Below, piece after piece: positions 39,767-52,458 of a stretch of 64,000 nt of DNA. The DNA comes from Lytechinus pictus. Its lineage: Eukaryota. The DNA lies in assembly GCF_037042905.1 (NCBI RefSeq), contig NC_087245.1, forward strand, positions 21,826,001 to 21,890,000. Reading direction: 5' to 3'. Below the pieces are notes generated by a model. The model did no database searches. It was not told where the DNA came from and worked only from the letters and a program-made list of their open reading frames with translations. How positions within the stretch are numbered: position 1 is the stretch's first letter; the number at the start of each line of letters is the position of its first letter. The position numbers and the translations under genes are program-made.

Positions 39767-40120
39767 GAAGAGTCGTGATGTAGTGGTTCTGACTCTCGCC
39801 TTGTAAACAGATGGTCGTGTGTTCGAATCCCGCCGCGGTCTAGCGTCCTTTGGCAAGGCGTTAATCAACACTTTGCCACTCTCGACCAGGTGCTAAATGG
39901 GTAACCGGTAGGATGCGAAAGTTATGATATATTTGAATTTGCCAGCGCCATGATGAGGCTGTGATGAATGCAAGGAATGCTCCCCAGAGAGTGGACTTTT
40001 CGTGCGGGATTGACATGAATGATGAATCCAATAATAATGTGCTGTAAAGCGCTTTGAGCCTTTATTGGAAAGGCGCCATATAAAAACTAGCTATTATTAT
40101 CATTATTATTATTATTATTA
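39767..40120 (+). mobile_element. Second tRNA-derived SINE; same head as 39151, different 3' body
   Basis: Shares GGTTCTGACTCTCGCCTTGTAA...GTCGTGTGTTCGAA with 39151. Tail AAAGCGCTTTGAG...GGCGCCATATAAAA followed by (ATT)n. Confidence 0.85.
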
Positions 40121-40214
40121 TATATAAATAAATATATATATATATATATGGGTGTGTGTGTGTCCACTCTCAAACTTCTTTTAACAAATTGATGAAAGAT
40201 TAATATTTTAACAG

Positions 40215-40238
40215 ACCAATTGGTTAAGAATAATGCCG
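40215..40238 (+). CDS. Candidate 24-nt symmetric microexon (phase 1: (D)QLVKNNA; also open in phase 0: TNWLRIMP)
   Basis: Acceptor ttttaacAG| at 40213-14 and donor CCG|GTAAGT at 40239. Length is a multiple of 3. Confidence 0.3.
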
Positions 40239-43200
40239 GTAAGTATGAAGCTGTACTTTCGTTTTGACCTCAAATCGTACCCGATTAGTCTAAATATTGA
40301 AACAACAATGACTAATGGATAAATACTGTGATAATATCAATGAATAGATATTGATGATATTGCCAAAATCGATGGCTTCTGCATTAAAGCAGCTGTTAAG
40401 GTATGGGTTATGTCCAAATACGTTTATTCAACAAGGGTCATTTCCGACCCAGACTAATGTTGGGCTGATAAATTTACAGACTGGGGCCAGGGCTTTCAGT
40501 CTCTAAAGCTAAAGCCAATACTAACTATCATAATAAACTTGTTATAATGAATATATATATATATATATATATTATAACAAGTTTATTATGATAGTATAAT
40601 AATACTCATGTAACCTTCTTACAAATCGATTACAATGCGGCGGACTAAACATGACCGAGAGTGCAATTTATTTTTGCTCGACGAACCGGTTAATAGGTTT
40701 GAACACATATAACTTTGACTTCCTATGTTCATGACTGTTATTTTCAACACAAAATCATATTTTGTCATTAAAGCACAGTTCATGAACGCTCTCACTGCGG
40801 AAAATCACTGGTAATTATTGACCAAAAGGACGTGAATTCACCGTCATATTTTTTTTGGGGGGTATAACCATTTCAGGTATTCTTTATTTCTTAATCACAA
40901 AGCAATAACAGTTTCAACATAAGCCTCCATTTTCTGGGGAGGGGAAATAAAGGATTTTTTTTTATTCAACATTTTCTTCTATCTGATAACGATATTTCAA
41001 GAGGTGAACAAAATATGAGCAGATCTTAGGATAATTCTTTTATTTATTTTTTTAAAGAATATATGATATGTGTGTCTTTTGTGTCGCGTGCCTTTGTTCT
41101 CGTAGAATTTCGGTCAGCTATGCATTACATTCTCTCCACATCCTTCCCAAGAAGATGACGACATTGTTACGAATGAAATGATAACCTAGATCATGTGTTT
41201 ATACATCCATGCAGAGATTAATCATTTTTAAGCTTAAAGGCTTAAATCACTACACACAAAAATTGAATCAATGAGCTTTGAATAAGTTTTTTTTTATGAT
41301 TGAATCATCTTGACATTGATTTCGTGACTATTGCATGCATGTTCCAATTGGGAATATATTCTTTCTTAATGGATGAAATCGAAGTTCATGATTGTATTTC
41401 ATAACTCACATCTATCAATTTAATATGCATTCACTTCCTGGCGTCACCAATCTATCTGTCCATCTATTTGCCAGTGACTTTTGTCTCTCATGTATGTGTC
41501 TACATGAGAAGCCCAGACTTTCCCCATCTCAAAATTTCTCTTTAATGTAAATTATTTTCATTTCGATAAACTTTCCCTTATTCTGTATATCTAATGAACG
41601 CTTGTTATCTAATTTGGACCTCAAGGTTGTGAATAGAGTGATCCGTTCGTTTCTATTGTATTCAGATTATGCTTTTACTTCCGTCTGTGGTTCTCATGCT
41701 TATAAATATTGTTTTTATGAGATATATTGAACCAAACCATACCAAATTCAAACTATTAAGCACGAGGAGAGGAAAAGCAGGAGCCGGGAGAATACAACGA
41801 TGACGATGATTAAGAGAATGATGAGAAGAGGAAGCATGGGGAAAAGAAGAAAGAAGAAAAGGAAAAGAAAGACTGCATATGATGAGAGAGAGAAAACAAA
41901 AAAAATGGACAGGAGAAGGAAGGAGAAGAAACGAAAAGAAACGAAAAGATGAAGAAGAAGGATAGTGAGACAGAGAAGGGAAAATATGATCTGTCCAGAT
42001 TGACCTCCAACCTAAAAAGTGGGGCATCGAGTTTACTTATCATATCCTGCACAACGATAGTAAAGTATCGAATATTTTATGGCGGGAAACGGCATGAGGA
42101 AGTGAAGTTGCCTGTCGACTGGGAGTGGAAAATGCAAGGTTATTCGATAGGTAATGCAAGATAGTCTCAAGTTTGGTCGGTCTCTATTCAAGGTGTTCTT
42201 CCCCCGCATTAATTAAGAGTGTATGTGATGTATAAAGTGGAGTCTTCTAATATACAATATTATTTAAAATTTCTTGAAATTAAGCTCATAAAACATATTT
42301 TAAAGGGTAATTGTAAATCTATAAACATGAAGATCTAAAATTAAAAATCTTGAAAATGAGATTGAAATGATATAAAAACTAAATTTGTCCATTAAAATAA
42401 GATTGCAACGTTTGAATTTGTTTGGTTTTTATTTTATCTGTAATTATATATCAATCGAAAAATACAAGTACATAATAATCGAAAAATACAAGTCCATAAT
42501 AATATCAACAATGATCTTACACGTGATTAACGAAATGCGTTTCTTTTAATCTGAACAACATAGAGGCTCTAAATGCACAACGTAATAGAATGTAACGGTA
42601 ATAAGATTGAAAATTGACAATGTAATCAAAATCAAATGTGAAATGAAAAGGTAAAGTTAAATCTTAAATTGATGTAAACAAGAAGTCAGTAAAGTAAAGA
42701 TTGCAAGTTCAGGCGTTCACTATTGGGAAAAACGAGTCAACAAATATTCTGAGCAGCTGTCATATTATACATTATTGCTTATTCAAAACACGTGTAAAAA
42801 GAGAAATGCCATTATATTATTATCCATATTCAATCTTGTATTGATCTTCACAGCGCGTTGGTTGTTTGATCAATCAATATTTATTGAAACTTCGATGATA
42901 GGTGACGTAATTTATTTCTTTTTTTTTAATGGATACTTGGGGTGTTAGAATTTCATAAACCAAGGCATTATTCTCAGTAGACCACCTTGTATTATCATTT
43001 TTCTCTCTCTTAATTGTCTTTCTGATTTGTTATAACTTAGGAATCAACGGGGTCAGCCACCCTTTTCACCTGTGGTAGTTTTACAACTTCGTACTGTTGC
43101 CTTTTAGAAGCTCGCCCCTAAATGACTAACAATGACTGTTATTCTTGGCTAAATTTGAGAGGGTCCTACGTACAATAAATTCAAGAAAATATGATATATC

Positions 43201-43426
43201 TCATTGGTACACAACTGGAAATGGTTATAAAATTAATGACATCTATCTGAATACAATGCATTGCTGGTTTTCCCTCCAGTGTATTGAGGGATATGCGAAG
43301 ATGGTATACGCTTTTAACATTCAATGGACATTTCCATTTTGATTTCATTGATGTAGAGTTTAAGAATGTCACTATATGGGAATATTCGTATTTTCCCCCA
43401 AATCTGAGACATCCAGACTTTTCTCA

Positions 43427-43716
43427 TTTACTACGGGGAAACTCACTACAACGCACCAATTCCTTTGAAAATGCAAGTCAAAATCAATGGAGAGCTGGGA
43501 GGCTTTTATCAAAAATTGATAGACCGGGACAGCATCGGAATCTCTTGACTCTGGACAACGACATATTTACAATTGTTCGCCCGGTGCACATCTTCGGATG
43601 ATCTGCTGTCCCAGTCCACCATCTTTCGACAAAAGCCTCTCAGCTCTCCATTGTGATTTTAATCGCATGCATTTTCAAAGGAATCGATGCGTTGTAGAGT
43701 GTTCCCCCGTAGTAAA
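43427..43716. repeat. Diverged inverted repeat, about 110-bp arms with 69-bp spacer
   Basis: 43427-43534 aligns to the reverse complement of 43604-43716 (TTTACTACGGGG, ATTCCTTTGAAAATGCA, CAATGGAGAGCTG, GGGACAGCA). Confidence 0.85.
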
Positions 43717-45372
43717 CGTGAAAACTACTTTTATACATAACATATGCAATCTTTGTTTCTCTGAACATGTGTGTTACACATTGAAACAATGAAACCATAC
43801 ACCAGTATTTTACTGGTGCTTCCAGTGTAAGGCAATCATTTGAGACGCATATGGGATAGTCGCCGAGAAATTGATAAATCTACACGCATGACCTCAGTAT
43901 AATATGGCCCATTCCTTTGAAATTGTATTATTCCTATATATTCCGAAGATAATATTCAAGCACCATCTAAAGGAAATGAATGTGCGTTCTCTAGATTCTA
44001 CAGAATTATATGGGTGGTCCAAATCTGACCCAGTGACTGTTTCAAGAAAAAGGGCGGAGAAGGAAATTTCATTCAGTGGCTACGGCAGTGATGATGAGCA
44101 GTTTTGTGGCTCAGAAGTAAGATCTCATTCATTAAGCTCTCATTTATTGGCTTGAGGGTTCAAATTACACTACCACGACTACGGTGTAGCTACTTTCTTT
44201 ATCCCATCTCCCATTTTCCACCCTTATAGCTGAAAGTACTAACTAGGAAATGATCATTGGACAGAACGGCGCTGAAAATTGAAAGGTGTTCCTTTCGTAA
44301 AACAAAAGATCAATGCCAATGATTGAGGTGTTGGATGTTTCAACGTTCTAAATTGAGGTTTAACTTCGGCGATCACTATCTACCGTTAGAATATGATGTT
44401 TGAAGGATCGGGGACGTCTTGTCAGTAGTAACATGCTTTGGGTGATTGGCTTTCTAAACTTTAATAAATCTGGCTTGGTGGCTCAATGGAAGAACACTCA
44501 CCAAATGAACAGCAAGTCATGGTTGTTCGTAGTTTATCTCCTACTTTTTATCTGTCTCTCATTTGGATGATTTCCCCCACATCTCATCACGTATTGATAT
44601 CAAAAGATGCACATATTACACTTATAACCCCGCCCCCAGCTCAAATGAAAGCGTTTACGATTCACATAGAACAAGACAATGATTTATTTATGCAGCCTGT
44701 TAGAATAATGCAATATTTTCTTTTGATTTAAACCAGTCCCACAAAACAAACATCAACCAACAACTTGGTAAAAAAATTACACCAACTATGATGCTACAAA
44801 GCAATCATTTTATTTGTCAGAGCAGTTGTGTCATGTAGTGCTTGTTTATAAAAGGTTCATAGGGTAGAATTTTCGAATCTAAATAATGAATATCTCTCGA
44901 ATGTCAACATTTAAGTATGAATGCCTTATATTCCTTAAGTATTTGAGAAACATTTGCTATAACGTTACCCTTCCATGCTTGTATGTCCTCTGCTCAGGAA
45001 GGAAATGGTTCCCCTCATTTTTTCAATCTCACCCAACTGACCAACTGTTAGCCTCATTACTACTAGGAAATGAATCATAATCTGGAAGGGTTATCGTTAC
45101 TTCGATGTATCTCATTTCATTATCTTGAAAATTTCAAAAGTTTATCGAGCTAATCAAGCTATCACATTACTATCATAAATCGTTGCTTATTATACAGTTA
45201 TAGTGCAAAACAATGCAAAATAAAGTAAAAGTGTAAATACTCATTGTTATTACAATTTTGTTTAATGTGGCTCAGAAAATATAGGTTTAAAACTCATTAA
45301 TTTTTTAATGTGCACCTGATTAACACTTACACATAAAGTGCCTACTTGATAAACATTTAAATAGGGATATAG

Positions 45373-45431
<59 letters not shown>

Positions 45432-46832
45432 TGTAATAACAATATGTATCATGCACAAGAATGAATAGCCTTTACGCATATCAATATATCGAACCAATCG
45501 CCTCCAGCAAATACAGTTTATATGAGAGTAATTTCGGTGGTCTAATGATATCAAAACTGCCTGGTGATGTAACTGTTTGACCTTGGCCATTTTGTAAGTG
45601 ACTCATTGATATTCATTGTTTCAGAAAAGGTGAAAAATTGGCAAAGGAGACCATCTAAAGCTTTTATGTCACTTCTTTGAGATAGACATTGGGGCCACAT
45701 AGGTCTGTTCTGTATTGCTACTTGGCCAATTAGATAATTTCCCTTTCTGTGCAATGCTACGAAAAAAAAGACCTGCCATAATTGTATGTAAACACTCTGT
45801 CCTTCTACTCAAAATTGTGAACGTGTTGGAGCACATAAATCCAAATAAACTGGCTTGAAATGGGGACTTGTGTGGGCTCAAAAGATTAAACGAGTTGGCA
45901 AAAACTTGCGATATCCCCTCACCCGTCTATGTAGCTCTTCATTTAAATAAGCGTTGCCATACAAGCTGCTATCTGGTGAATGGATACAGGAATTTTATCT
46001 CATATAATTTCAATTCCTGTGTAGGAATGAGAAATTATTCATGTCAGCGAGGAACAAATCGGACCTTGACTTGTTGAATATAACTAGGTCATAGTAACCG
46101 TAAATAATCGAAGTCAATTCGTAAGAGGTTTGCAAACAGGGAATGCTTTCTTCCCAAGCAAGTATGATATATTGAAGTATAAAAAATATTCAAGTGTTGG
46201 ACTATCAAGGGTCTTAATTTTTATCTGTCATTGTATTTCCTGCCTACGTGCTCACGATTGGAGGTACCGTGAATCAACTGATGAACCTTGGGGAGATGGT
46301 TTCGGCTTGAGGAAGGTTTTGAATTCATGTTGTCATCCCAGTTTCCCTTGTCCTGAAATCAAGGGACAGTGACAACAGATCCGAAGTGCAGGGACCAGGC
46401 ACTGTGAAACAGAACATAGACACCCGTACTCCGTGGGTCTATTACCATGGGATTACACTTTTCTTCATCAGCATCCTATGTAACATTGATTGATGCGTCT
46501 ATTTCGCGAGTCTTCTCTTCTTAAAACCAAATTTGTTCTTGGATTTTTGTCGTATTCATGTTTGACCGAGTTCTGACAGAAATTTTCACCGGAAGTAAAG
46601 CCTTTTTATTCAAGAGACAGGTTTGTTTTAGAAAAACAGATAGCCAGGAGCAGGAAGCTACAGAACAGTTATTCCTCCGTCATTAACTCTCCATTACGAC
46701 AGGGGTAAAGTGTGATAGCAAGAGAAGTTTCATTTGTCATATTCCTGTGCCTCTTCTTCTCTCGTTTTCTAAACTGAGACCTGGGCATTTGCCGATGCAT
46801 TGTCTCGGGCACTTCTTCTTATCAAACATATC

Positions 46833-46959
46833 ATGGCAGAACGGTATGTCTATAATAAAAAGGCTAGAGAAGAACTAAAAGCCGCCAAAGACATTGCAGA
46901 TCGCTTGGCCACCAGAGGATGGTGTAACAGTATATGTCAGGGAAGAGAATGCAGTGCAT
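46833..46959 (+). CDS. Candidate alternative first coding exon (42 aa + 1 nt, phase 1): MAERYVYNKKAREELKAAKDIADRLATRGWCNSICQGRECSA
   Basis: Strong Kozak context atcATGg. Charged, helix-like peptide followed by Cys residues. Donor CAT|GTGAGT at 46960, same phase as 24180-24375. Confidence 0.55.
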
Positions 46960-48339
46960 GTGAGTATACAAACCAGTTCCTTTCGAACGAGCTCCTCCCA
47001 AATTGATATATCATAATTATTCTATAAAGCTCGTTTATTGGAAGTAGAATCATGCCCATTCTAAATTATCAGTTATTAGCAATGTATAGTCTATTAAAAT
47101 CACACAAGATCCCCACTAAAACTTGGTCCGTTATAGGTTTTATCTACATGCTTGTTTGACCTTCGCACATATCGTAAAATAAATACAGTTTATTTCCGGT
47201 CAATACTTGGTTGTCAACAAGAACATGTTAAGTATGACCATCCGGGTCCCTGTTTCATACTGATGACAGGATGGTCCTTGTGATACAAGGTCATGTGTTT
47301 TATTATAGTTGAGAAGTTGGACGTTCATCAGTAGTCGGAGGTTATGTGCATTCATGTTTACCTTGTGGTCTCGTCACGCTCATCAATTAATCGTTTACTT
47401 CTGAATTGATTGATTGATTCTGGCTTTGTTAACTGTACAACCACTTCCTTTAGACAACGGGTTAAGTGTCCTTTTGGTACTAGGGGTGTATTCTGAATTT
47501 AGTAGTTAGGCCTATTTTCAAATCATATTCCTGAATTCTAAGTTAATGGAATCAATTCTTTTGAAAATCTTTGAGATGGGAAAGATTTTTCATTAACAAG
47601 TTCCCATCCCATTTGATTTGCCTTTAGGGTTTTGCTCTTTGTAATTGTGGTTACCAATAGTTCATACACGCCATGCTCGGAAATTGGAGTCAATCGTCGT
47701 CTTCATGAGATAATAATGTAGAACATGGCCCAAGTTTTCCATTTTCATGAATCCCTATTCGGTCTCTATGTGATCTGGAATCTTGAATGATAATTCAATA
47801 ATGTCAATGGTGTATGTCGATAAGTTACCTACTTATGAATATATTGTTTGTTTTAACGGGTTCTCTTTTTATCTTGAAACACAAATAAGTCACTGAAGTC
47901 ATAAGGCCCGATGATCTTTTCATGCTACAAATGATGTGATGTATTCATGTTTTTTGGTCTCAAACACATTGCATATTTACGCGTTTTTTATGTTAGTCAT
48001 ATTCATTCACACAGAAAAATTGTTTTTTTTTGTAATCCAAGTCCTTGACCAATATCTTTAGAGGAATCTAAGCGCTTAAAATATGAATTTTTGGAACTAA
48101 TGCTTTTCAACATATTTTTTTACGTTCCCCATCTTAGGTCCATGAATATGTGCTTTATTATGTTCCAATGAAACGACATCACAGTCGGCTTTAAAAATAC
48201 TACTGTCGTGTGAAATGTCATACCGCTAATTCCTTTATTCTCCGTATTTTTTGCCAGAAGAGATGACTGGGTGATCATGAATTCGCAATTATTGTAATCG
48301 ATGGCAGATCTTCGGACTGGTTATCCTATTTCCCATGCT

Positions 48340-48353
48340 GTTGCCATGGTTAC
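48340..48353. promoter_or_regulatory. RFX X-box
   Basis: GTTGCCATGGTTAC, identical 14-mer to 35158 but in unrelated flanks. Confidence 0.55.
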
Positions 48354-48795
48354 TTTGCTAGATGTCTCTGATAAAATTAAGGATTTTTAGGAGATACTTC
48401 CGTTTGCATGCGATATATATTTCATATTCTCGTCTGGAATATTTTGGAATCGATATTTCCCCACTTTTGGTATGAATACGAATGTGTATTAAACTATTTG
48501 AGCCATATTGGATATTTTTTTTGGAATATTTGAGGAAGTAAGAGGGGATTTTAATTAAGAACTTAGAAAAGCGACTCAAACATTTGAGGAAGTTTATTTG
48601 ATTGGAATAACATGAATAATACGCGGATTTGTTTTATACCACGAAGTGGAATTTTTCCTGCCTTGTTCATCTTGTTTAATATTATATTGTGAAAATGGAA
48701 ATGGGGGGTCGTCGATCTGATTGGTAGAACATTAAATGAATGACGCTTAATTGAAAACATGAATATTTTCACGTACGAAAGTTGTTTCAGTCTTA

Positions 48796-48820
48796 ATGGT
48801 TTACAGCTTTGCTTTCTTTT
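48796..48820 (+). CDS. Candidate alternative first coding exon, MVYSFAFF + T (phase 1)
   Basis: ATG, then donor TTT|GTAAGT at 48821. An X-box lies at 48340, about 450 bp upstream. Kozak -3 position is weak. Confidence 0.3.
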
Positions 48821-49094
48821 GTAAGTTAAGTGGCTATGCAAATGGTTTCCTAAATGAAGGCGTGGTGGGGCAAAGTACGCAAAATATATTTGATTCCCTA
48901 GTACCTGCCTCCAGAAATAAATTCAAATACATCGATGAAACTTTGCCCGACAAGTGTCATAATCCATCACAGAATGCGTGCACAGACACACTTACACACC
49001 CACTAGACGATGTTAAAAATAGATATACGGACCTAATAGAGACATTTTATAAGGACAATGCCATTAAACGAATATGTATGCCACTGATCAAATA

Positions 49095-50065
49095 ATTCAA
49101 GCACGAAGCGCGAGCTGAAATTTTTTTTTTTTCAGACCTAAAAAGGGACATAAGCAAATTTTTGTAATCATAATACGTACCTGTCTTGCTAAACAAACAA
49201 TACCAGCGCGAAGTGCGAGCTGAAATTTTCGTATATATTGACCCCAAACAGGGACATTTCAAGGACTATATTTTAGGAATCCATTAAGAGTATACATATC
49301 TCACCATAATCATCTAATGCCAGTGCCAAGCGCTTGCTGATTTTGTTAGAATTACATCTAAACACATGAAGCACTTGTAGTCATTGTAATCATGATTAAA
49401 ATATGCATCTCAATAATCAAATATTGCGAGCGCGAAGCGCGAGCTGAAAATTTAGGAAATTTAGACCTGAAGACTGGCATTTTAAGGCTTATTTGTTTGA
49501 ATTCACGAAGACCATACTTATTTCACTAACCAAATGATACTAGCGCGAAGCACTAGCTGAAAATTTTGTATATATTTGACCCCAAACAGGGATATATTAA
49601 AGACCTTTTTTTTAAAGAATCCAGTAAGAGTATACAAATCTCATCGTTGTCATCTAATGCGAGTGCCAAGCGCTTGCTGATTTTGTTCGAATTACATCTT
49701 AACACTTTAAGTAGTCCTGAAGAAGAAGCATATGTCGCTAGTTAAAAGCAATAATAACTCGAAGTGCGAGGAAATATATTTGGTGTATATTGACTTGAAA
49801 ATGGGAGGTTTTAGTACAACATGATTATATATCTCATTAAACAGACAATGCGAGCACCAAGAACAATGAAGACATAGGCCCTAAGCAAATTATGTTTCAT
49901 GAAGTTATGAAAAAAACGTTTCTAATGTAATATAACAATTATAATTATGATAATGAACAATAATTTCTTCTTTCCCGCTACGTTTCTCTTCCTTTTTTCC
50001 TTTTTTTTTTGGCCAGCCGATTGGGGGCACGTGCCCCCCCCATGCCCCCTGTAGTTACGCCACTG
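49095..50065. mobile_element. Truncated non-autonomous DNA transposon (CAGTGGCGTA-type terminus) with internal repeats
   Basis: Right end GTTACGCCACTG after GGGGCACGTGCCCC. Repeated GCGCGAAGCGCGAGCTGAAA motif. 340-bp internal period (AGTGCCAAGCGCTTGCTGATTTTGTT at about 49322 and 49662). Confidence 0.7.
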
Positions 50066-51779
50066 TCCTGGACTCTGGACAAATTATATATTTGCAATTG
50101 TTTTCGTCGGCTCCGAAACTTAGGACGAAATTGTTGTTCAGATTCACCAATTTTCGACAAACACCTCCCAGCTGTACTTTGTCATTTGACAGCCATTTTC
50201 AATACAAATACTGTGTTCTCGAATCTTTCGTGCGTCGCGCGGCGAAAACTCCCTATTTATGGACATGTAAATAATTCGTCTTTAATGATTAAAAAACATA
50301 AATGAAGATAAAGAACTAAGACCAAACTTATCAGGAAATCGAAAAAATATAAAGAATTCTTCCTATTTTTCGCATTACCCGCTAAATATTTTCGCGTTAC
50401 TTATTCCTCCCTTCACCAAGGGAAGGATTAAACTCCTACCTCACTGGTTCACCTATGCAAGTTGTAGCGTTTCATTAACTATGTTTGCACATGCGCAGTA
50501 GATCTACGAACTGTCTGAAAAAAAAATTATGTGGAAGAAAACTCATGAGACTTAAGTGACCTACTTTTTATTTTATGTGAAATTAATTCATTGAAATGAA
50601 TTAATCTATGAAATGCGTAATTTGTACTTTAACGTGATGGCAAACTAATTGTGTAGCAATAATTACAGCTTAAAATAGCTTGAAATAAGATAACTTCTAA
50701 ATTGGGGACGTTTGATTTCATTGAAAGTATCAGGTGTTCGCTATTGATACCAGTACACAATTCGATAGGAATCCATAATACAACCTCTGCTGTAGAAATG
50801 CAGGATGCACAAGGCAATGGGAATGCCACATTCGAAGTTTAAAAATAGAATGAGACACAGAAGGAACTTTCCTAGAGGTCGGATGACACACTTTCTTCTA
50901 GAAGTCACTTAGTTTCGAAAATCAAAGCGCATGAGTCAGAAACACATCTGAAAACAAGTTAACTTTAATTAAATCCAGAATTTAATGAGCAAAAGTTTAT
51001 GATTCCACGGACACTATGTGTATAATGAATATTGGATAATGATATGTAAAAGGATCTTAAAGTTGTTAAATATCTTACAATTATGATATCAAATTGAGCA
51101 AAGTAAAAAGAAATAATCATTCTTCAAATATATTACTCAGAGGTAAGGTTTGAATTATTCTGATGGAAGCTGAACGTGTTTGATGCAGTTATAATAAGTA
51201 GCAGTTTACAAATAGCATAATACACAATGAATTTGACTAAATGTTTTTAATTTGTTTAATCATCTGTATCGCTGTACTTTTCCCCTTTCTCTCTCTTAAA
51301 TCACATAGTTGGATTAAACTCCATGAACAGTCCGAAGCAATTGATATCAATTCTAGCTAACAAAGTAAGAAAACCACAAAGAAGCAAATTATTGAATATG
51401 TCGTTTTCGTAGTAAGCCAATTTATGTGGTGAGTGACGTCATATGTGGTATTGACCTACCAAACGACCATCGTTAAACGGTGTGCAAAATCCCGAAAATG
51501 CGCTTAACATTTTGCAAACAACTGATATTCGCTTAAGGGAGATTTATTTTGTAATTATTGTATAAATTTGCCAATACATAAAAATTGACATTGCGACAGT
51601 GGATGATTGAATAGAAGTGCCTAATCCTATCCGTGTAAGTTTTATGCCGTTTATTTCACGGTTTTCTGTAGACTTTATTACAAAACTCCTAAATTGGAGG
51701 AACAGTTGATAAATAGAATTAATTGGAAAAAGTGTTCAGTGCAATCTCTATTCTATGGGAACAATCAAAGATGCGAACG

Positions 51780-51951
51780 ATCATTTAACATGTTGAAACT
51801 GCGTGTTTCATTTCGGGGTCCTGGTGTTCGATTGAAGTGCTTGAGACCTGCTGTAAATTGTTTCTTATTTGTACATTGTTTATACTGATCACGAGCATTT
51901 CTTATTTGTTTTACTGAAGAATGTAAGATACAGTACTTTGTTGTCTAAAAG
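51780..51951 (+). other. Candidate non-coding exon (start approximate)
   Basis: Perfect donor AAG|GTAAGT at 51952 and CRE palindrome at 51434 upstream. A good acceptor (tcttctttccAG) lies at about 52967. Confidence 0.3.
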
Positions 51952-52046
51952 GTAAGTGTATTTGAGACTTTATTTCATTATAGAACTTCTTCAGTGGATG
52001 TGAATGCATTATTTGTGAAATACATAATCTACTTATTTCTTTTTAT

Positions 52047-52458
52047 AATATCGAATAATGAACATGACTACCATGAAGCGCATTCTTCTGAACGAATTGA
52101 ATATTAATTCAAGTTTTGTAAAGGTGCAACTTTTTTAGTGTTTGCGGTCCGTTTGGGGTTTTTTTTTTTTTTGAGGGGGGGGGCAATAATAGGAGAGTGT
52201 CTATCATTATTTGATGTACATGATATCAATTTTTTGTCATTTTGTTTAAAAAAATCAATATCGAATAATGAACATGGTTACCATGAAGCGCATTCTTCTG
52301 AACGAATTGAATATTAATTCAAGTTTTGTAAAGGTGCAACTTTTTGAGTGTTGGCGGTCCGTTTGGGTTTTTTTTTTTTGGGGGGGCAATAATATGAGAG
52401 TGTCTATCATTATTTGATGTACATGATATCAATTTTTTGTCATTTTGTTTCAAAAAAT
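52047..52458. repeat. Recent 210-bp tandem duplication
   Basis: AATATCGAATAATGAACATG... repeats at 52047 and 52257. Differences are mainly in homopolymer lengths. Confidence 0.95.

Noticed and set aside
41949..42150. Further phase-1 ATG-to-donor segment (TAG|GTAATG)
   Set aside because: It starts within a low-complexity purine tract and the donor is mediocre.
46795..46843. Alternative reading MHCLGHFFLSNISWQN ending at ACG|GTATGT
   Set aside because: Weak start context. The overlapping 46833-46959 reading has a better Kozak context, donor and peptide composition. Not fully excluded.
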